DNA of 64,000 nucleotides from Chrysomallon squamiferum. Its lineage: Eukaryota; Animalia; Mollusca. The notes under the pieces are model-generated. The model was not told where the DNA came from and did no database searches. It saw only the letters and a list, made by a program, of their open reading frames with translations. A program made the translations under genes and the position numbers. The number at the start of each line of letters is the position of its first letter. The first letter of the stretch is position 1. Positions 39,302 to 53,194 of the stretch are shown here, piece by piece. The stretch covers positions 1,426,001 to 1,490,000 of the forward strand of contig CM022666.1 of assembly GCA_012295275.1 (NCBI GenBank). Direction: 5' to 3'.

Positions 39302-40491
39302 CTTTTCTTTTATAATTTTTAAGTTATTTTTTTTATTTTTTTGATGAATTTATGCAATTCCTATCAACAACACTTATAAAGTGTTGTTTAATTTTTTGTT
39401 TTTCTTTCCAATTTTTTTCTAGTAGCTTTGCACTGTTATGCTGTAAAACAGTTTTTGTAAATATTTTTGTGTGTGTATAATTATTACAGTGTTTACTGTC
39501 TCTGTATCATTGTAAGCAAAGAGAAACATGAAAAAACCAAATGAATTTTGACAATCATGAGGTCTTTAGTATCAAAAACATGAAAAAATTATTTGTGTAT
39601 GTGTACATATACAAATAATTTATATATATATAAGTGTGTGTTATTCTTGTTACTTTTCAGGTGTAGATTTTGACAAAGGTGGGGATATAGCATCTGAAAA
39701 TCTGTTATATTTATAGATCAAATAAAGTAACTGTTTTAATTTTAAACTGAAAGAAATTTAAAAAAAAATTATATTATAAATATTAACGGTAGATAGAGGA
39801 AATACTGATGAAGTTACTGTTCAAATTATTTTGTTTGAAATTGTATAAATCACGAATTATTTATATATCAGAAAATAGTTTTTTTTGTAACACTCATGTA
39901 TGCTTATAGACAAAACACAGAGAAATATTAACATATACATGCATTTACACACAAACATACACACATACACAACATACAGACATTTCTGTTCATTCACACA
40001 GATAAACAGACGAACACACAGACATAAAAACAGACAGACAAAACACAAGATATAATAAAACCAAAAACAATTTTCTTCACCTTTTGATCCCCCATACCCC
40101 ATTATAAATATACATTTTCACTTTGTCATTATTTGAAATGTTTTTTTTAAGCCTGAAATGTTTAAATGTTGTAATCTAATGAAATCCATCTACAAAATTA
40201 AGAAAAAAACAAAACAAACATATTACTTTTTGAAAAACAAAAATAAAAACATTTATGCCACTATGCAGATATATCTTGTAAAATATTTATTTTGTATGCA
40301 AATAAAAATGTAGCCACTTCTATGCAATGTACAACAATGACATTCTTTGAGGACATTTTTGTTAATTCTCTTAAATGAGTAATTGAGACAGTGTGGAAGA
40401 GAAAGATTACAACATATCATATTTTGTTCAAATAATTAATAAGCAAAAATGATTGAAAAAATTAAAAAATTCATCAGCCCAGTAGTGAACA

Positions 40492-40535
<44 letters not shown>

Positions 40536-43126
40536 TAATTTATTTTATTTTATTTTTACTAAATATGCTGAATTATGTTATTGCTGTTATGAAAATATCA
40601 GTATATATATACATAATTTTCAGTTCAGCTAGTAAAATTAACTGAAAACTATTCTAATGAGGAATTTGGCTAGAATACACAGACACAGAGGTTTATGCTA
40701 AAACACTTGGGGCTACTTTTGAACAAAAAAGATTTATGCAAGCAGAGGAATTTGTTTTGTTTTTCAAATAAAAGAATTTTTTTCACATTTAGGGGCTAAA
40801 CCTGAACCATACCAGCCCACTACATTACAGGCAGCTTGGATGATTTCTTTTAGACTATTTTCACAAATCTTTTTACATCTTGTTGCCTAACTTTGTATTA
40901 CTGGTGGAACAACTTTTTAATTTTTAAAATTATATATATATATATCATTTTTTTTTTTATACATCTTGGGTACTTATTTTTTTCTAGTAATCTGATTTTC
41001 GTTTTTTTTTTTTTTTAAATTAATTCTTGATTTTTTTTTTTACCCTTTGGTCTTTATTCTGTTATAAATGTTTGCTTTTTGTCTTCCATTTTAATCATTT
41101 ATTTTACACGTTCTATTTAAACTGTACTCTTTTTTGTTCTACTTTTTTTTTTTTTTTTCCATTTTAACCTTTTTATCCTTCAGGTTCTGTTTTAACCCCT
41201 CAATCTTCATTTTCTATTTTAGCTATTTATTTTACATGCCCCTTTTTACCCATCATGCTCTGTTCTGTTTTGTTCTGTTCTTTTTGTTCTTTTTAATCCT
41301 TCACTCTTAATCTTCTGTTTTAACTCTCTTTTCCTTCACAGGATGTATATTTGTGTAAAAGAAAAAATATAATATTTTTAAGAACATTTTTCAGCAAAGT
41401 TTTTTTTCTAAGAATTTCCTATCACTGTGGTTGTAGTATTTTTCTTCTTACATGTGACTCTGCTTCAATTTTGTCATGTTGATTATATAATTAGTTATAT
41501 GCAGGCAGGAAGTGCTATGTAACCTTTGACACCGAACTTTTTTTTTTTTTTTTTTTTTTACTTGAATGTACAGTGGCAGTTTTGTTTATAATACTGTGGT
41601 GTAAAAATAAAAACAAACAATTTACTAGGGTTTGTTTGAGTTATTTTTTCAAGATGTTTTGTTGGCTGTATTTGAGTGAGACCAGTGTGTTGCTGAATTT
41701 TGTCTACATGTATAGAGTCTTATTCAAATATATAAACTACAGAGAATATTCAAAATTTTAATTTTCATCAACAGGCAGTCATCATTTTACTAGTTGAGAC
41801 ATTTGTTTTCTTTTGGATTAGAAACCAGGAGATATGGTTATTATTTAAAATTACAGTTTATCTTTACTTAAACATTAATTCTATGTTTTGATGAATATGT
41901 AGACAAGAATATTTGACAGCCTTTGTTTTCTTAAAATAATTCTTTTCATTTTAAGAATTTTTAATCCAATTTAAATTTTGTTTATCTTCCATTCAGTCAT
42001 GTGTTTCTAAAGATATATGATCCCCATTCAAATGATAATTAAAAAAACAACAACCCCAAAACCATCCAAAAATTCCATAAAAACAAAACAATAAAAACAA
42101 AAACAATGAAAACAAAACAACAAAAAATAAAGCATATGTATCTTTATTACATAACAGAAAAGATAACTGTTTTACAAAGCAGTTTATATGCCAAATAGTT
42201 AAAAACATTTTCAGGTTAAACTAACAAAGTTTGCAAACTGTATCAATTTTCTGCTGTTCATCCAATCAGATATCGTGTACTTAAATGGTTTCTGTCATCT
42301 GATTGGATGAAAAAAAATCACATCAGCATTGACTTCAGCCAATCAAATAACTGGTATTTTAATTATTACAACTGGATATTTTCAGAACGAGGATGCAGTG
42401 AAATGAAACCAGTTACCAAATGAAAAAATTAAACTGCACTGATTTATAATTTTACACAATCCAGTAATATTTAGCTGTCTAGATTATCTTGTATGTTGAT
42501 GGGATGATACTATTATCTGCATTATTACAGTGTGTTTGTTAAATTTTATATTTTAAAATATTTTCTTTATTCAAGTTTAAAAATTTTTACATAATAAAAT
42601 AATTCAAAACACACATACATACATTATAAAAAATTAAACAATTCTGATTTTGTACATATTAATGTCCAGTTTTGCCAAAAAATCTAAATAAAATAAAATA
42701 AAACAAAATAAATAAATAAAAGTATTCATTCAAACTTAATTAAGAGTAAAATATTTATTTACTAATAATTATATCAGAATAATGACATATTATTTATTTA
42801 TTTTTTTAATTATTTATTTAATTATAAATAATTTTTTACTTTTTGTTTTTTTGAAATTTTAGTATATGTAGTGTGTGTGTGTGGGGTGGTCTGTTTGTTT
42901 CTGTATTTATGTAAATATTTACATAAAATAAATTATTTCAAAAATTAATTCCACACTTACATATAAAAAAAAACTTGTCAAACAATTTAAAATAGACATT
43001 CATCAAAGTCTACAATGTTATAAAAATTACACTTCTAACAAATAAAACTAATCTAAAAAAATATATATACATTTGACATACTAAATCAAGGGTTTAGTCT
43101 ATACTGTTCTATTTTAATTTATTTAC

Positions 43127-43157
<31 letters not shown>

Positions 43158-43414
43158 TTTTATTTTATTTTATTTATTTATTTTTTAATGAAATTTTCTA
43201 ATTTTTGTTAAATTATTAATTGTTTTAATTTTTAATTTTTAGTTCTTTTTTTTTAATTATTTTTTTTAAAATAGATTTTCATTAGTTGTTTTAGCTATTC
43301 GCGATTACGAACATAAGGGAAACAACTCTCTTCATGCAAGTACTAAGGCTTATAAGTATATTTTCATACTGCACTATTAGTAAAGTCTGGAGTGTAAGAC
43401 AAAATTTAAAACAC

Positions 43415-43695
43415 GATCAAGTACACAGAATGTATTTTAAACTATACGAAAGATCAAGTACACAGAATGTATTTTAAACTATACGAAAGATCAAGTATTC
43501 AGAATGTATTTTAAACTGTATGAAAGATCAAGTATACAGAATGTATTTTAAACTACGAAATATCATGTAAACAGAATGTATTTTTATGAAAGATCAAGTA
43601 TTCAGAATGTATTTTAAACTGTATGAAAGATCAAGTATACAGAATGTATTTTCAACTGTATGAAAAGTCAAGTACACAGAATGTATTTTAAACTG
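43415..43695. repeat. 37-bp minisatellite, about 8 copies
   Basis: gaaagatcaagtacacagaatgtattttaaactatac repeated. Confidence 0.93.
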
Positions 43696-44435
43696 TTTGC
43701 TCAAATCACGTAAGCTTTATTTTAAATTAATATGCATACGTAGAGCAATAGCAAAATAATCTTCATTGTAACCCTCCTTAATACCTACTGTTTAATAAAT
43801 AAATAAATAAATAAATAAATAAGTAAATAAATAAGTAAATAAATAAAGAAAGAAAGAAATAAAGAAACAAAGAAACAAAAGGAAGAAAAGAAAGAAATAA
43901 AAACATCACCAAAGAAACATATAAATAATAATCTAGCCAAGAAATAAATATGTAACATTCCGAATTATTCGTATAAGGAGTTATATAAAACCAGAATAAA
44001 AATGTAAAATAAATATGACGGGTAATCAGGTAAGTAAAAAGGTATAAAAGTCTAAAATGTAAAATGTAAATGGTTCATTAATTTAACAATATTAACAAAG
44101 GGAGAGTACGATAAATAAATTAATAAATAATTAAATAAATAAATAAACAAATAAATAAATAAATAAATAAATAAATACAAAAAAAAAATATTTATTTTTA
44201 TATATATATATAAATTGCGTAATATGTTAATACAAAAGTTATATCAATCTAGCTTGTGAAAATATAAAGTAGATATATCGGCAGACATAAATAGCACGCA
44301 CTAAGCTAGAAACTCGAAGTGAAATACAGTTAAAATCGAAACTCATTTTGTAGAAAAAATAAATAGCACCATTTGCTGCGTTTAGCTCCAGAAATGATCA
44401 TGTTATGATGGAACGTGGTGGGTATGGTATTATCC

Positions 44436-44523
<88 letters not shown>

Positions 44524-44587
44524 CTGTTTATGTTTCAATCACTTAAACACACAGTTCTTCATTATTTTCTCCAGTTGAATAGTGACT

Positions 44588-44620
<33 letters not shown>

Positions 44621-45027
44621 GATTAAATGTTAAATTATATATTACTAATATTAATTTAAATTGAAGTTACTTTTTTTTTTTTTTCTTTTTAAAAATTAAT
44701 TTTGCAGAGTTCAGCAGCAGTAATATAATGAACTTTTAAGATTTCAAGTTTAATGCAAGTTATCTCCCTTCTCTCAAAAAATGATCATTTTTGGAACACT
44801 CCCGTAAAGCATTTCTTGAAAATGAAAAAAAAAAAAAAAAAAAAAAAAATATAAAATTATATTAATAAAAAAAAAAGTTTTCAAAGAGAGCCACTCAGCA
44901 ACATAGCATGTGTCGTAGATATATAACAAATTTACATTCTTTGAAAGACATAAAACAAAACTAGAAGAAAAAAAATATATTTTTTAAAAATCACGGAAAC
45001 TTCCGAACGTTTACGATGTCACTCGAT

Positions 45028-45254
45028 TCACTTCGTGATGGCCACGTCACCATCGAGGTCAATGCCAACGACCTTTTGCTTCGAGGCATCCAGCTTCAGT
45101 TCGCACGTGCCGATGTCCTTCAGAGGATCGTGGTCTTTCTTGACTCCTTCGATAACAACGCCAAATGCGTCGCCATCTTCTTCCTGTATCAGGTACTTGA
45201 TCGTGCCTGGACTGACCACTTTGTGTTGTCGCATCACGTGGAACTCTTTGAAGT
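45028..45254 (-). CDS. Last coding exon of the uncharacterised gene
   Basis: Minus strand ttttttttacag|ACTTCAAAGAG...ACGAAGTGA; C-terminal part of track ORF 45028..45723. Confidence 0.88.
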
Positions 45255-45387
45255 CTGTAAAAAAAAAAAAGATGTTTAATATATCAGTGTTCCACCAAAT
45301 CTTTTTATATTCCATATAGCCATAAAGATTGGGTGAAAAAATAAAAAAATAAAATGCAAAACCAAAATGTTTTCTCAAATAATTGGT

Positions 45388-45450
<63 letters not shown>

Positions 45451-45539
45451 TTGCCTATTGGCGTCTTCAATTTGCTTTTGTTTTGTCACATTAAACGGAC
45501 GAAGGATATTGTACAAAATACAGCTGGAACGGAATTTGG

Positions 45540-45585
<46 letters not shown>

Positions 45586-45650
45586 GTTATTGTCGTTTGT
45601 TTTATCATTTAGGACTGTTATTATTAATGTTACTATTGTTGTTGTTGTTA

Positions 45651-45714
<64 letters not shown>

Positions 45715-46083
45715 CGTCATCATTAATCTCGAAACTGCGAATACAAATGGTTTATTTCTCTGAAAGTAGGCACGGAACTACTGTCGGCTCGAATGTTGAC
45801 ACTGGAATGTATAAACAGTTGTATCTACATTTTGATCTATCAGATTATCGCTGCTTTATGTTTAAACTTCATTTATTTACTCTTTTGTGAATGCGCTTTG
45901 TATGAGGAATGTACGTGAACAAGAAAGGTTTAAAACGATCGCGTGATTAAAATTATACCAGCCTGTTTTTCCCACCGACAACACGCATGCGAACAAGGTG
46001 AAAACTGTGTAGGCTTTGTGTTCTGAATTACCATAATCCAGTGCTAGTTTAAAACAATTACTAATATACAATAACTGTAATAT

Positions 46084-46114
<31 letters not shown>

Positions 46115-46285
46115 TTATTATTATTATTATTACTTACTACTACTACTACTACTACTACTACCACTACTATTCATTAGCCAGTCACATTAACTTTTATCGT
46201 CATCTTTGTCTAGTATTTTATCAAAAAAAAGGAAAAATAAATAATAACGACAAAAACAACAAAAAAAAACAACAACAACAACAAC

Positions 46286-46337
<52 letters not shown>

Positions 46338-46733
46338 TATTTTCAGTCAAGTAAACACAGACTTAACTGGCCGTAACAATGAATTTTTTTTGCTTCTAAT
46401 CTTTTCTCTGTTCACTTGAGAAATCCTGAATTTATCAACGCACGCGGCAACAGTTTGTTTACGTTGAGGTTTGTCGTACAAACTACAGGCTTTTCCTACC
46501 AGTCGTAAACCCATGTCGTAAGTTTCTGGTCGTAAACACATGTCGTAAAAACTTCCAGTCGTTAGTTACACCAGGCCACTTTGTAAACGTAATTACGCCA
46601 CTGCTGAACGTTGTAATGTTTAGTAATAAAGAAAATTGCTATAAGCAGAGGGAATAAGAGGCACGAAAAGTTTATTTAGTTTTAACGCGTTTTGTTTAAG
46701 CAAACTGCTAGGAAGGATACACAATTCAAAGAC

Positions 46734-46764
<31 letters not shown>

Positions 46765-47232
46765 TGGTTTTCGGGGAAGAGAAAAAAAAAGAATTACAGG
46801 CGAGTAAAAACGCACCCAGCAGACACTGAACGATATTTTTATTGTCTGACATTTTTCGTTTTGTAGTGAAATCAATTTTGTCTCTGAAGAACACTTAAAG
46901 GATAACTGCACGAGAGAAATTAGCGAGAAAAAGAGAACGGTTATTAGATTTGGCAGTAAGATTCAGTGTGACGTCTTGCGCATGCTCAGTAAAATGAGAC
47001 GAGGGTGGGACGGTGGACGTATGTATGTGACAAAGCTTATTACTTATCTATTATACGCATTTCGGTAATAACTATATTATTATTCTGACGTCATAATTAC
47101 TCTCACGTCATAAACGCTTTCTTAACGACGCTACTTTTGTATTGTAGAACACGTAACTGCATTTTAGTTCATGATTCATATTCATCACCGCTTTGCTGTT
47201 CATTCAGGTACAAGGTCAGATATCACATTTTA

Positions 47233-47310
<78 letters not shown>

Positions 47311-47575
47311 AATATTAGTTACTTAAGTTAGTCTGCTACAATAAGAAATAATAGTGTTAATTGTAGTAATATGAATAGTAGTAGTTGAGATGGTTGTAAT
47401 AATAACTGTAGTAATAGTAGTAGTAGTAGTAGTAGTAGTAGTAGATGCTGTTGTTGTAACAGTAATAGTCGCAGCTGTAACAGATAAACGTATACAACAG
47501 CTCACCATCTCCTCGTTTGCTGGCTTCTACTGTCTGCCATTTTGAATCTTCCAAGCTTTCAATCAGGCTCTCCAT
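45028..47575 (-). CDS. Uncharacterised 98-aa protein, complement(join(45028..45254,47506..47575)): MESLIESLEDSKWQTVEASKRGDDFKEFHVMRQHKVVSPGTIKYLIQEEDGDAFGVVIEGVKKDHDPLKDIGTCELKLDASKQKVVGIDLDGDVAITK
   Basis: ATG in a strong context (acaaaATGG); GATG|gtgagc donor; (T)n-acag|AC acceptor; phases match (1/1). The exons are GC-richer and complex, with protein-like composition, against a simple-repeat background. Family not recognised. Confidence 0.85.
46969..47110. promoter_or_regulatory. Cluster of CRE-like motifs plus an NRF1-like site in the intron of the small gene
   Basis: TGACGTCT (46969), TGCGCATGCTCA (46977), perfect TGACGTCA (47086), CACGTCA (47104). Confidence 0.35.
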
Positions 47576-47583
47576 TTTGTCGT
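47506..47583 (-). CDS. First coding exon of the uncharacterised gene (8 nt of 5' leader plus MESLIESLEDSKWQTVEASKRGD)
   Basis: Minus strand tttatatttgcag|acgacaaaATG ... GATG|gtgag. Confidence 0.85.
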
Positions 47584-47882
47584 CTGCAAATATAAAAAGA
47601 AGACGATAAAACTGCATTGTTCATACATAAATGAATGAATGAATAAATGAATAAATAAATAAAAAGGTAAATAAGAAAATAATATTGATAATAAATAAAA
47701 ATAATAACAATTAAAACCATTAATTAAAATTTAAGTTCCTTTGCAATCTTTCTTTCCAGAACATTCGAATATTATTTACCAGACATTACAAGCTATTATA
47801 TGCACATCAAATATGTTAAATTTTTATCGATGTATGTTTTTTGTTTTTTTAAATTATTATCATGACGATAATGATGATATTG

Positions 47883-47930
<48 letters not shown>

Positions 47931-48178
47931 GATATTTTATCATCTTAATTCGACTTTAATGGGTTTTTTTTTAATTTAATGTTTGACTTCTAATTTATAA
48001 CTAACATATTTAACCTCAAAACATTTTTTTCAGAAACATTCCAGAGCGGTTATTTTGAGTGAATTCAAATAAAACCTGTTTGTGCAAATCGTGCTTCACG
48101 ATATGTTTGGCGATAGAAATCAATGCCGTCGATTTTTTTTTTTTATTTTTTGCTCTTATTGTTCTGTTTGTATACGGC

Positions 48179-48265
<87 letters not shown>

Positions 48266-48926
48266 TTTTCTTGTTTCTTCTTCAGTAAACATTTTAAAAT
48301 TCTTTTTGGATTATTTGTTAAAAACAACAACAACAAGATCAGCAACAATACTGACACTGATAATACTAACAACAACAACAACAACAACAACAATAACAAC
48401 AACAACCACCATCATCAATCATAGAAAAAGAGAATAGGTATTATTTTTCTCTCGAGTTTGTCTTACGTTTCAAAAGCATATTGACATCTCAGAGTGTGAA
48501 TATTTATTTACGTCATGCTTTGTACCAGGAGGTACTGTGTGATAAAATAGTTATGCATGTTGTATTTTTGTATATGCACAGTACTTCTATTCATGTGAAT
48601 GTATGTCTGTATATAGAAAAGAAAATGTATGTATACGTGGGTATGTATTTGTGTGTGTGTGTGTGTGTGTGTACATATATGTGTGTATGTTTGTGTGAAT
48701 GTACGCATACATATTTAAGGATGGAATTACGTATGAATGCTTATGTAGGTAGTTGTGCGTTTAGTGTGGTGTGTTTGTGTGTAATATTTTGGGGTGTCTT
48801 ATTATATGGTTTTGCGAATTACGTCCTAAATTAGTCAAAAATGAAGTGAAAGACTGGAATAACGAACAGCACAGTTAACTGTTTGTATGTTACCGTATAA
48901 ATCATTAAATCGTTAAATCATTAATT

Positions 48927-48982
<56 letters not shown>

Positions 48983-49102
48983 TCACTACTACTGCCACTA
49001 CTACTACCACCACTACTACTGCCACACTACTACGACCATTACTACTACTACCATTATTAATACCCCTACTACTACCACCACCACTACCACCACTACTCCT
49101 AG

Positions 49103-49144
<42 letters not shown>

Positions 49145-49531
49145 CACTGCTACTATTCAGTGGCATAGCCAAGGTATTACAAATATGGCACCAGCCCTGA
49201 GCACTTTCTATTAAACTTGACTGCTACTTTGATTTCATGTAGAAGATATCTGACAGACAGATGTGTGTCAGAGTCTGAACACAGCGCAGTTTCAGCGTTT
49301 GATGTAGCCGTTATTTTCCTTCTGCTGCTGCTTTTACTGTGCTTTTCTTCATCATCATCATCAATTCAGTTATTATTATATTAAAATAACTAGTTAATCC
49401 AATGCAACAAGAACAACAACAACAACAGTGGCAAAATTATTATTATTATTGTGATTGTTACCATTTTTACTATTACCATTATGATGACGATGATGATGAA
49501 GATGATGATGATGATGATAATAATAATAATG

Positions 49532-49567
<36 letters not shown>

Positions 49568-50065
49568 TTGTTGTTGTTGTTGTTGTTGTTGTTGCATTAG
49601 ATTAACCAATTGTTTTAAATGTTATTGTTATCAGAAGCAAATGTTTACAGCGTAATATTATTTCTCCAGATGAACAGATCTTTCTATTACTGGATTTATT
49701 ATCTATTTAAAACTTCTGTACAAATTAACCTTTCTATATTCCCCCCCCCCCCAACAACTATTTGTACAAAAACGTTTGCTGTGGATCTACTGCAAATAAT
49801 GCCGCAACCGGTGTTTGGCTGCGCGTGCGCATTCTTTGTCGTGAAAATCACAACTAACCGGAAACAGATGAAGGAAAACAAAGTGCATCCGTTCCGAGTG
49901 TTGGTTAAGTTAAAGAAAACTGCTGGGACATTAACTCGAAGTGTTAGGCACGACGATAGACATGACGGCAACAACCAGAAAAGGAAATCGCGAAACGACG
50001 GCTCGGTTTTTGTTTCAGATTTATCTGCAACGCGTACATCATTTTTCTTTTCTTTTCTTTCTTTC

Positions 50066-50115
<50 letters not shown>

Positions 50116-51009
50116 CTGTTCTGTTTTGTTTTTTTTTTTTGTTTTGTTTTGAATTCGTCATTTTTTTTTTTTCCCCATCCTTTACTTTATTCTCTTTTTC
50201 CTTTTTTTTTTTTTTTCTCTCTCTCCTTATCTTTCATCTGGATATTAATTCTTTCATCATCGCTTCACGTACAAATGGCGAATACGCAGACAGAGGTGAA
50301 ATTCAGCCAGACGCACGACATTCTGACGTGCGACAGTTCTCGTGCTTTCCGCATTTTCACGCGTCAAAAATTTAAAAAAAGAAAATCGTCTGCTGATTCG
50401 AGGATACCAGATCCAGCATGCTGCTTTCGATCACGTCAGACTTGTCCGATTGAAACAGACGTACCAGACGCATGGATGCAGATAAAAATCTCACCAGTTA
50501 TTTATTTTACTTTTGTTTTTAAGGACTGAGGTGAAAGAAGAACAAAAAAAAAAAAAAAAGAAAATAAAAAATAAAAAATATGAAAGACTGGCAGAACATG
50601 TTCGAGGATAGCAGTGGATACAAGAACGCTGTTTTATTATCATCAATGAAAATACGCCATCGACGACGATAACAACAGCAACAAAACATTAAACAATAAA
50701 TATAAAAAATATTTGATTTATTTTTTTTAAGGAAAGAAAAATATTTCAGTATTGACGGAAAAAAATTATGATGTTGTTCAGAGCATACATAATATTTATT
50801 TTATATACTTGGAAGGCACTGAAGAAGAAGAAAAATAAATATGAGAATATTTTCTATTGAGAATATAAACACTTGTAACATCATCATAGTCATCATAATC
50901 GACATAGGGTTAAAAACAACAGCAGTAAGAACAAGAAAAATAACAAAAACAGCAGTAATAATATTAATTAATAATGCCAAGAACAACAAGCTAATAGTAA
51001 CAAGAACAA

Positions 51010-51060
<51 letters not shown>

Positions 51061-51545
51061 ACTTCTATTACTACTACTACTACTACTACACTACTACTGC
51101 TACTTCTACTATTATTACTACTACTAAATAATAATAATAATAAATAATAATATTAATAATAATAAATAATAATAAATAATAATAATTAATAATAATAAAT
51201 AATAATAATCAATAATAATAATAATAATAATAAAAACAACAACAACAATAATAATAATAATAATAAATAATAAATAATAAATAATAAATAAATAAATAAA
51301 TAATAAATAAACAAATAAAAAGATTAAACATCCAATAAAGTAAAACAATCGATTATCCGCAGAGAGAAAAAAAAAAAAAAAAAAATTCAACATCTACCAT
51401 CGATAACCACTTCACTTCACTCTACTCTGGTAACCATTTTCGTCAGCCGTAACTGTACAGCCGACATTTTTGGGGGCCAGGTGTCTTTAAGACAAATATT
51501 TATTTATTTTATTTATAGCGATCTAAAAGAAGACGAAGAACTTAC

Positions 51546-51711
51546 GTTACACGGAGCGCTCGTAACCAAACAAACAAGAACACAGGAAGTATCTTAAAGT
51601 GCGCGTAACTTTCAGACAATAGACGGAGGAGTAGTTCACGTTCTGTTTTCGGGGTGAAATGATGCCTGGAAGAAGGCGCGGGATACAGACGCAGTAAACA
51701 CGGCAGCGACT
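51546..51711 (-). other. Probable non-coding first exon (5' UTR) of the uncharacterised gene
   Basis: Minus strand: consensus donor taac|gtaagt (cttac at 51541-51545) and an Inr-like TCAGTC at about 51713-51708. The interval is CpG-rich and has no ATG. Linkage to the 47583 acceptor is inference. Confidence 0.55.
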
Positions 51712-51800
51712 GATTCCTGCTAGAGTCGACGGTTTGGTTTTGATGGACAGCGGGTTCGCTTCTCGGAGGAGGAGGGAGGCGAGTAGAGAAAGGACCGGAT
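51700..51800 (-). promoter_or_regulatory. Putative CpG-rich core promoter of the minus-strand gene
   Basis: Inr-like TCAGT and GC/CpG-rich sequence directly upstream of the candidate first exon; no canonical TATA box. Confidence 0.4.
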
Positions 51801-52136
51801 GAATTAAAAAGGGAAAAAAAACAAAAAAAAACAGCTTGCGTATGTTTTTAATGTGATACGGTCGTGCGTGGGTGTGTTCGTGCATGTGTGTGTGTGTGTG
51901 TGTGTGTGGTGTCTGTGTGTGTGATGCTATTCGTGTTGATTCGTGTGTGCTTCTTTGTTGTCTGTTTATGTAGATATGATTATTATCATCATTATATTTA
52001 TCATCATCATCATCGCCATAATCATCATCATTATCATCATTATAATCATAATAATTAATGTATTATTATTATCATTATCATCATCATTATCTTTATCATC
52101 ATTATTATCATCATCATCATCACCATCATCACCAAC

Positions 52137-52168
<32 letters not shown>

Positions 52169-52886
52169 TATTATAATTTGTATTATTATCATTAGATGCA
52201 GAAACATCTGCGACCAAAACACACTATGACTAATATTCACTGGTGTACGTACGTACATCAGTCCTCACAAACTGACAGACAGTCGGATTGATTTCAGCTG
52301 TTCTCTGACAAAAAAACGAGTGTACGCACTAATTTGTTTCATAGACATGCAAAAACACTCAAACTCGACAGTTTCTCCCCGACTACTTGGTTCCTTTCTC
52401 TAATAATGATTAATTGACTTGAAGAGTTTCTATTTCTGAAATGAAGATGCACTAAAATGAGAAAGTGAGAAAGAGGAAGAGACGAGAGAGAGAGTAAAAA
52501 TAAAATGTTGTTAAAAATAAAAAAAATATTTTTCAAACTAATCAACAGTGTGTTCTTGGATTAATCAATCCTAAGTTGAGTTTTATAGAAAAAAAAAAAT
52601 TAAATAAAAAATGAAGGAACATATAAAATTATTTGGTTAAAATTACATTTAAACACACAAACACACGAACACACATGGACACACACACACACACACACAA
52701 ACATCCATGTTTTTGTCTTAAACGCACAATCACGCACATATTACATAAAAAATAATGATGATGTTAAATTTGTAATTAAATAAATTGTTTTCAAAAGAAA
52801 TGTCTATATCTGTCTCTCTCTTTCTGTTTCTGTCTGTCTGTCTGTCTGTCAATCTGTTTCTAGAGCTGACATATATAAACATATAA

Positions 52887-53194
<308 letters not shown>

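Noticed and set aside
44364-44432. TAGCACCATTTG (miR-29-like first 12 nt) with a weak downstream fold-back
   Set aside because: The match stops at 12 nt, would lie on the 5' arm whereas miR-29 is a 3'-arm product, and the stem is mostly G-U pairs with a large loop
45016-45319. Plus-strand ORFs 45016..45279 and 45035..45319
   Set aside because: Antisense shadows of the real minus-strand exon
49158-49205. cagtggcatagcca, resembling a hAT-type terminal repeat
   Set aside because: No matching opposite terminus or target-site duplication found
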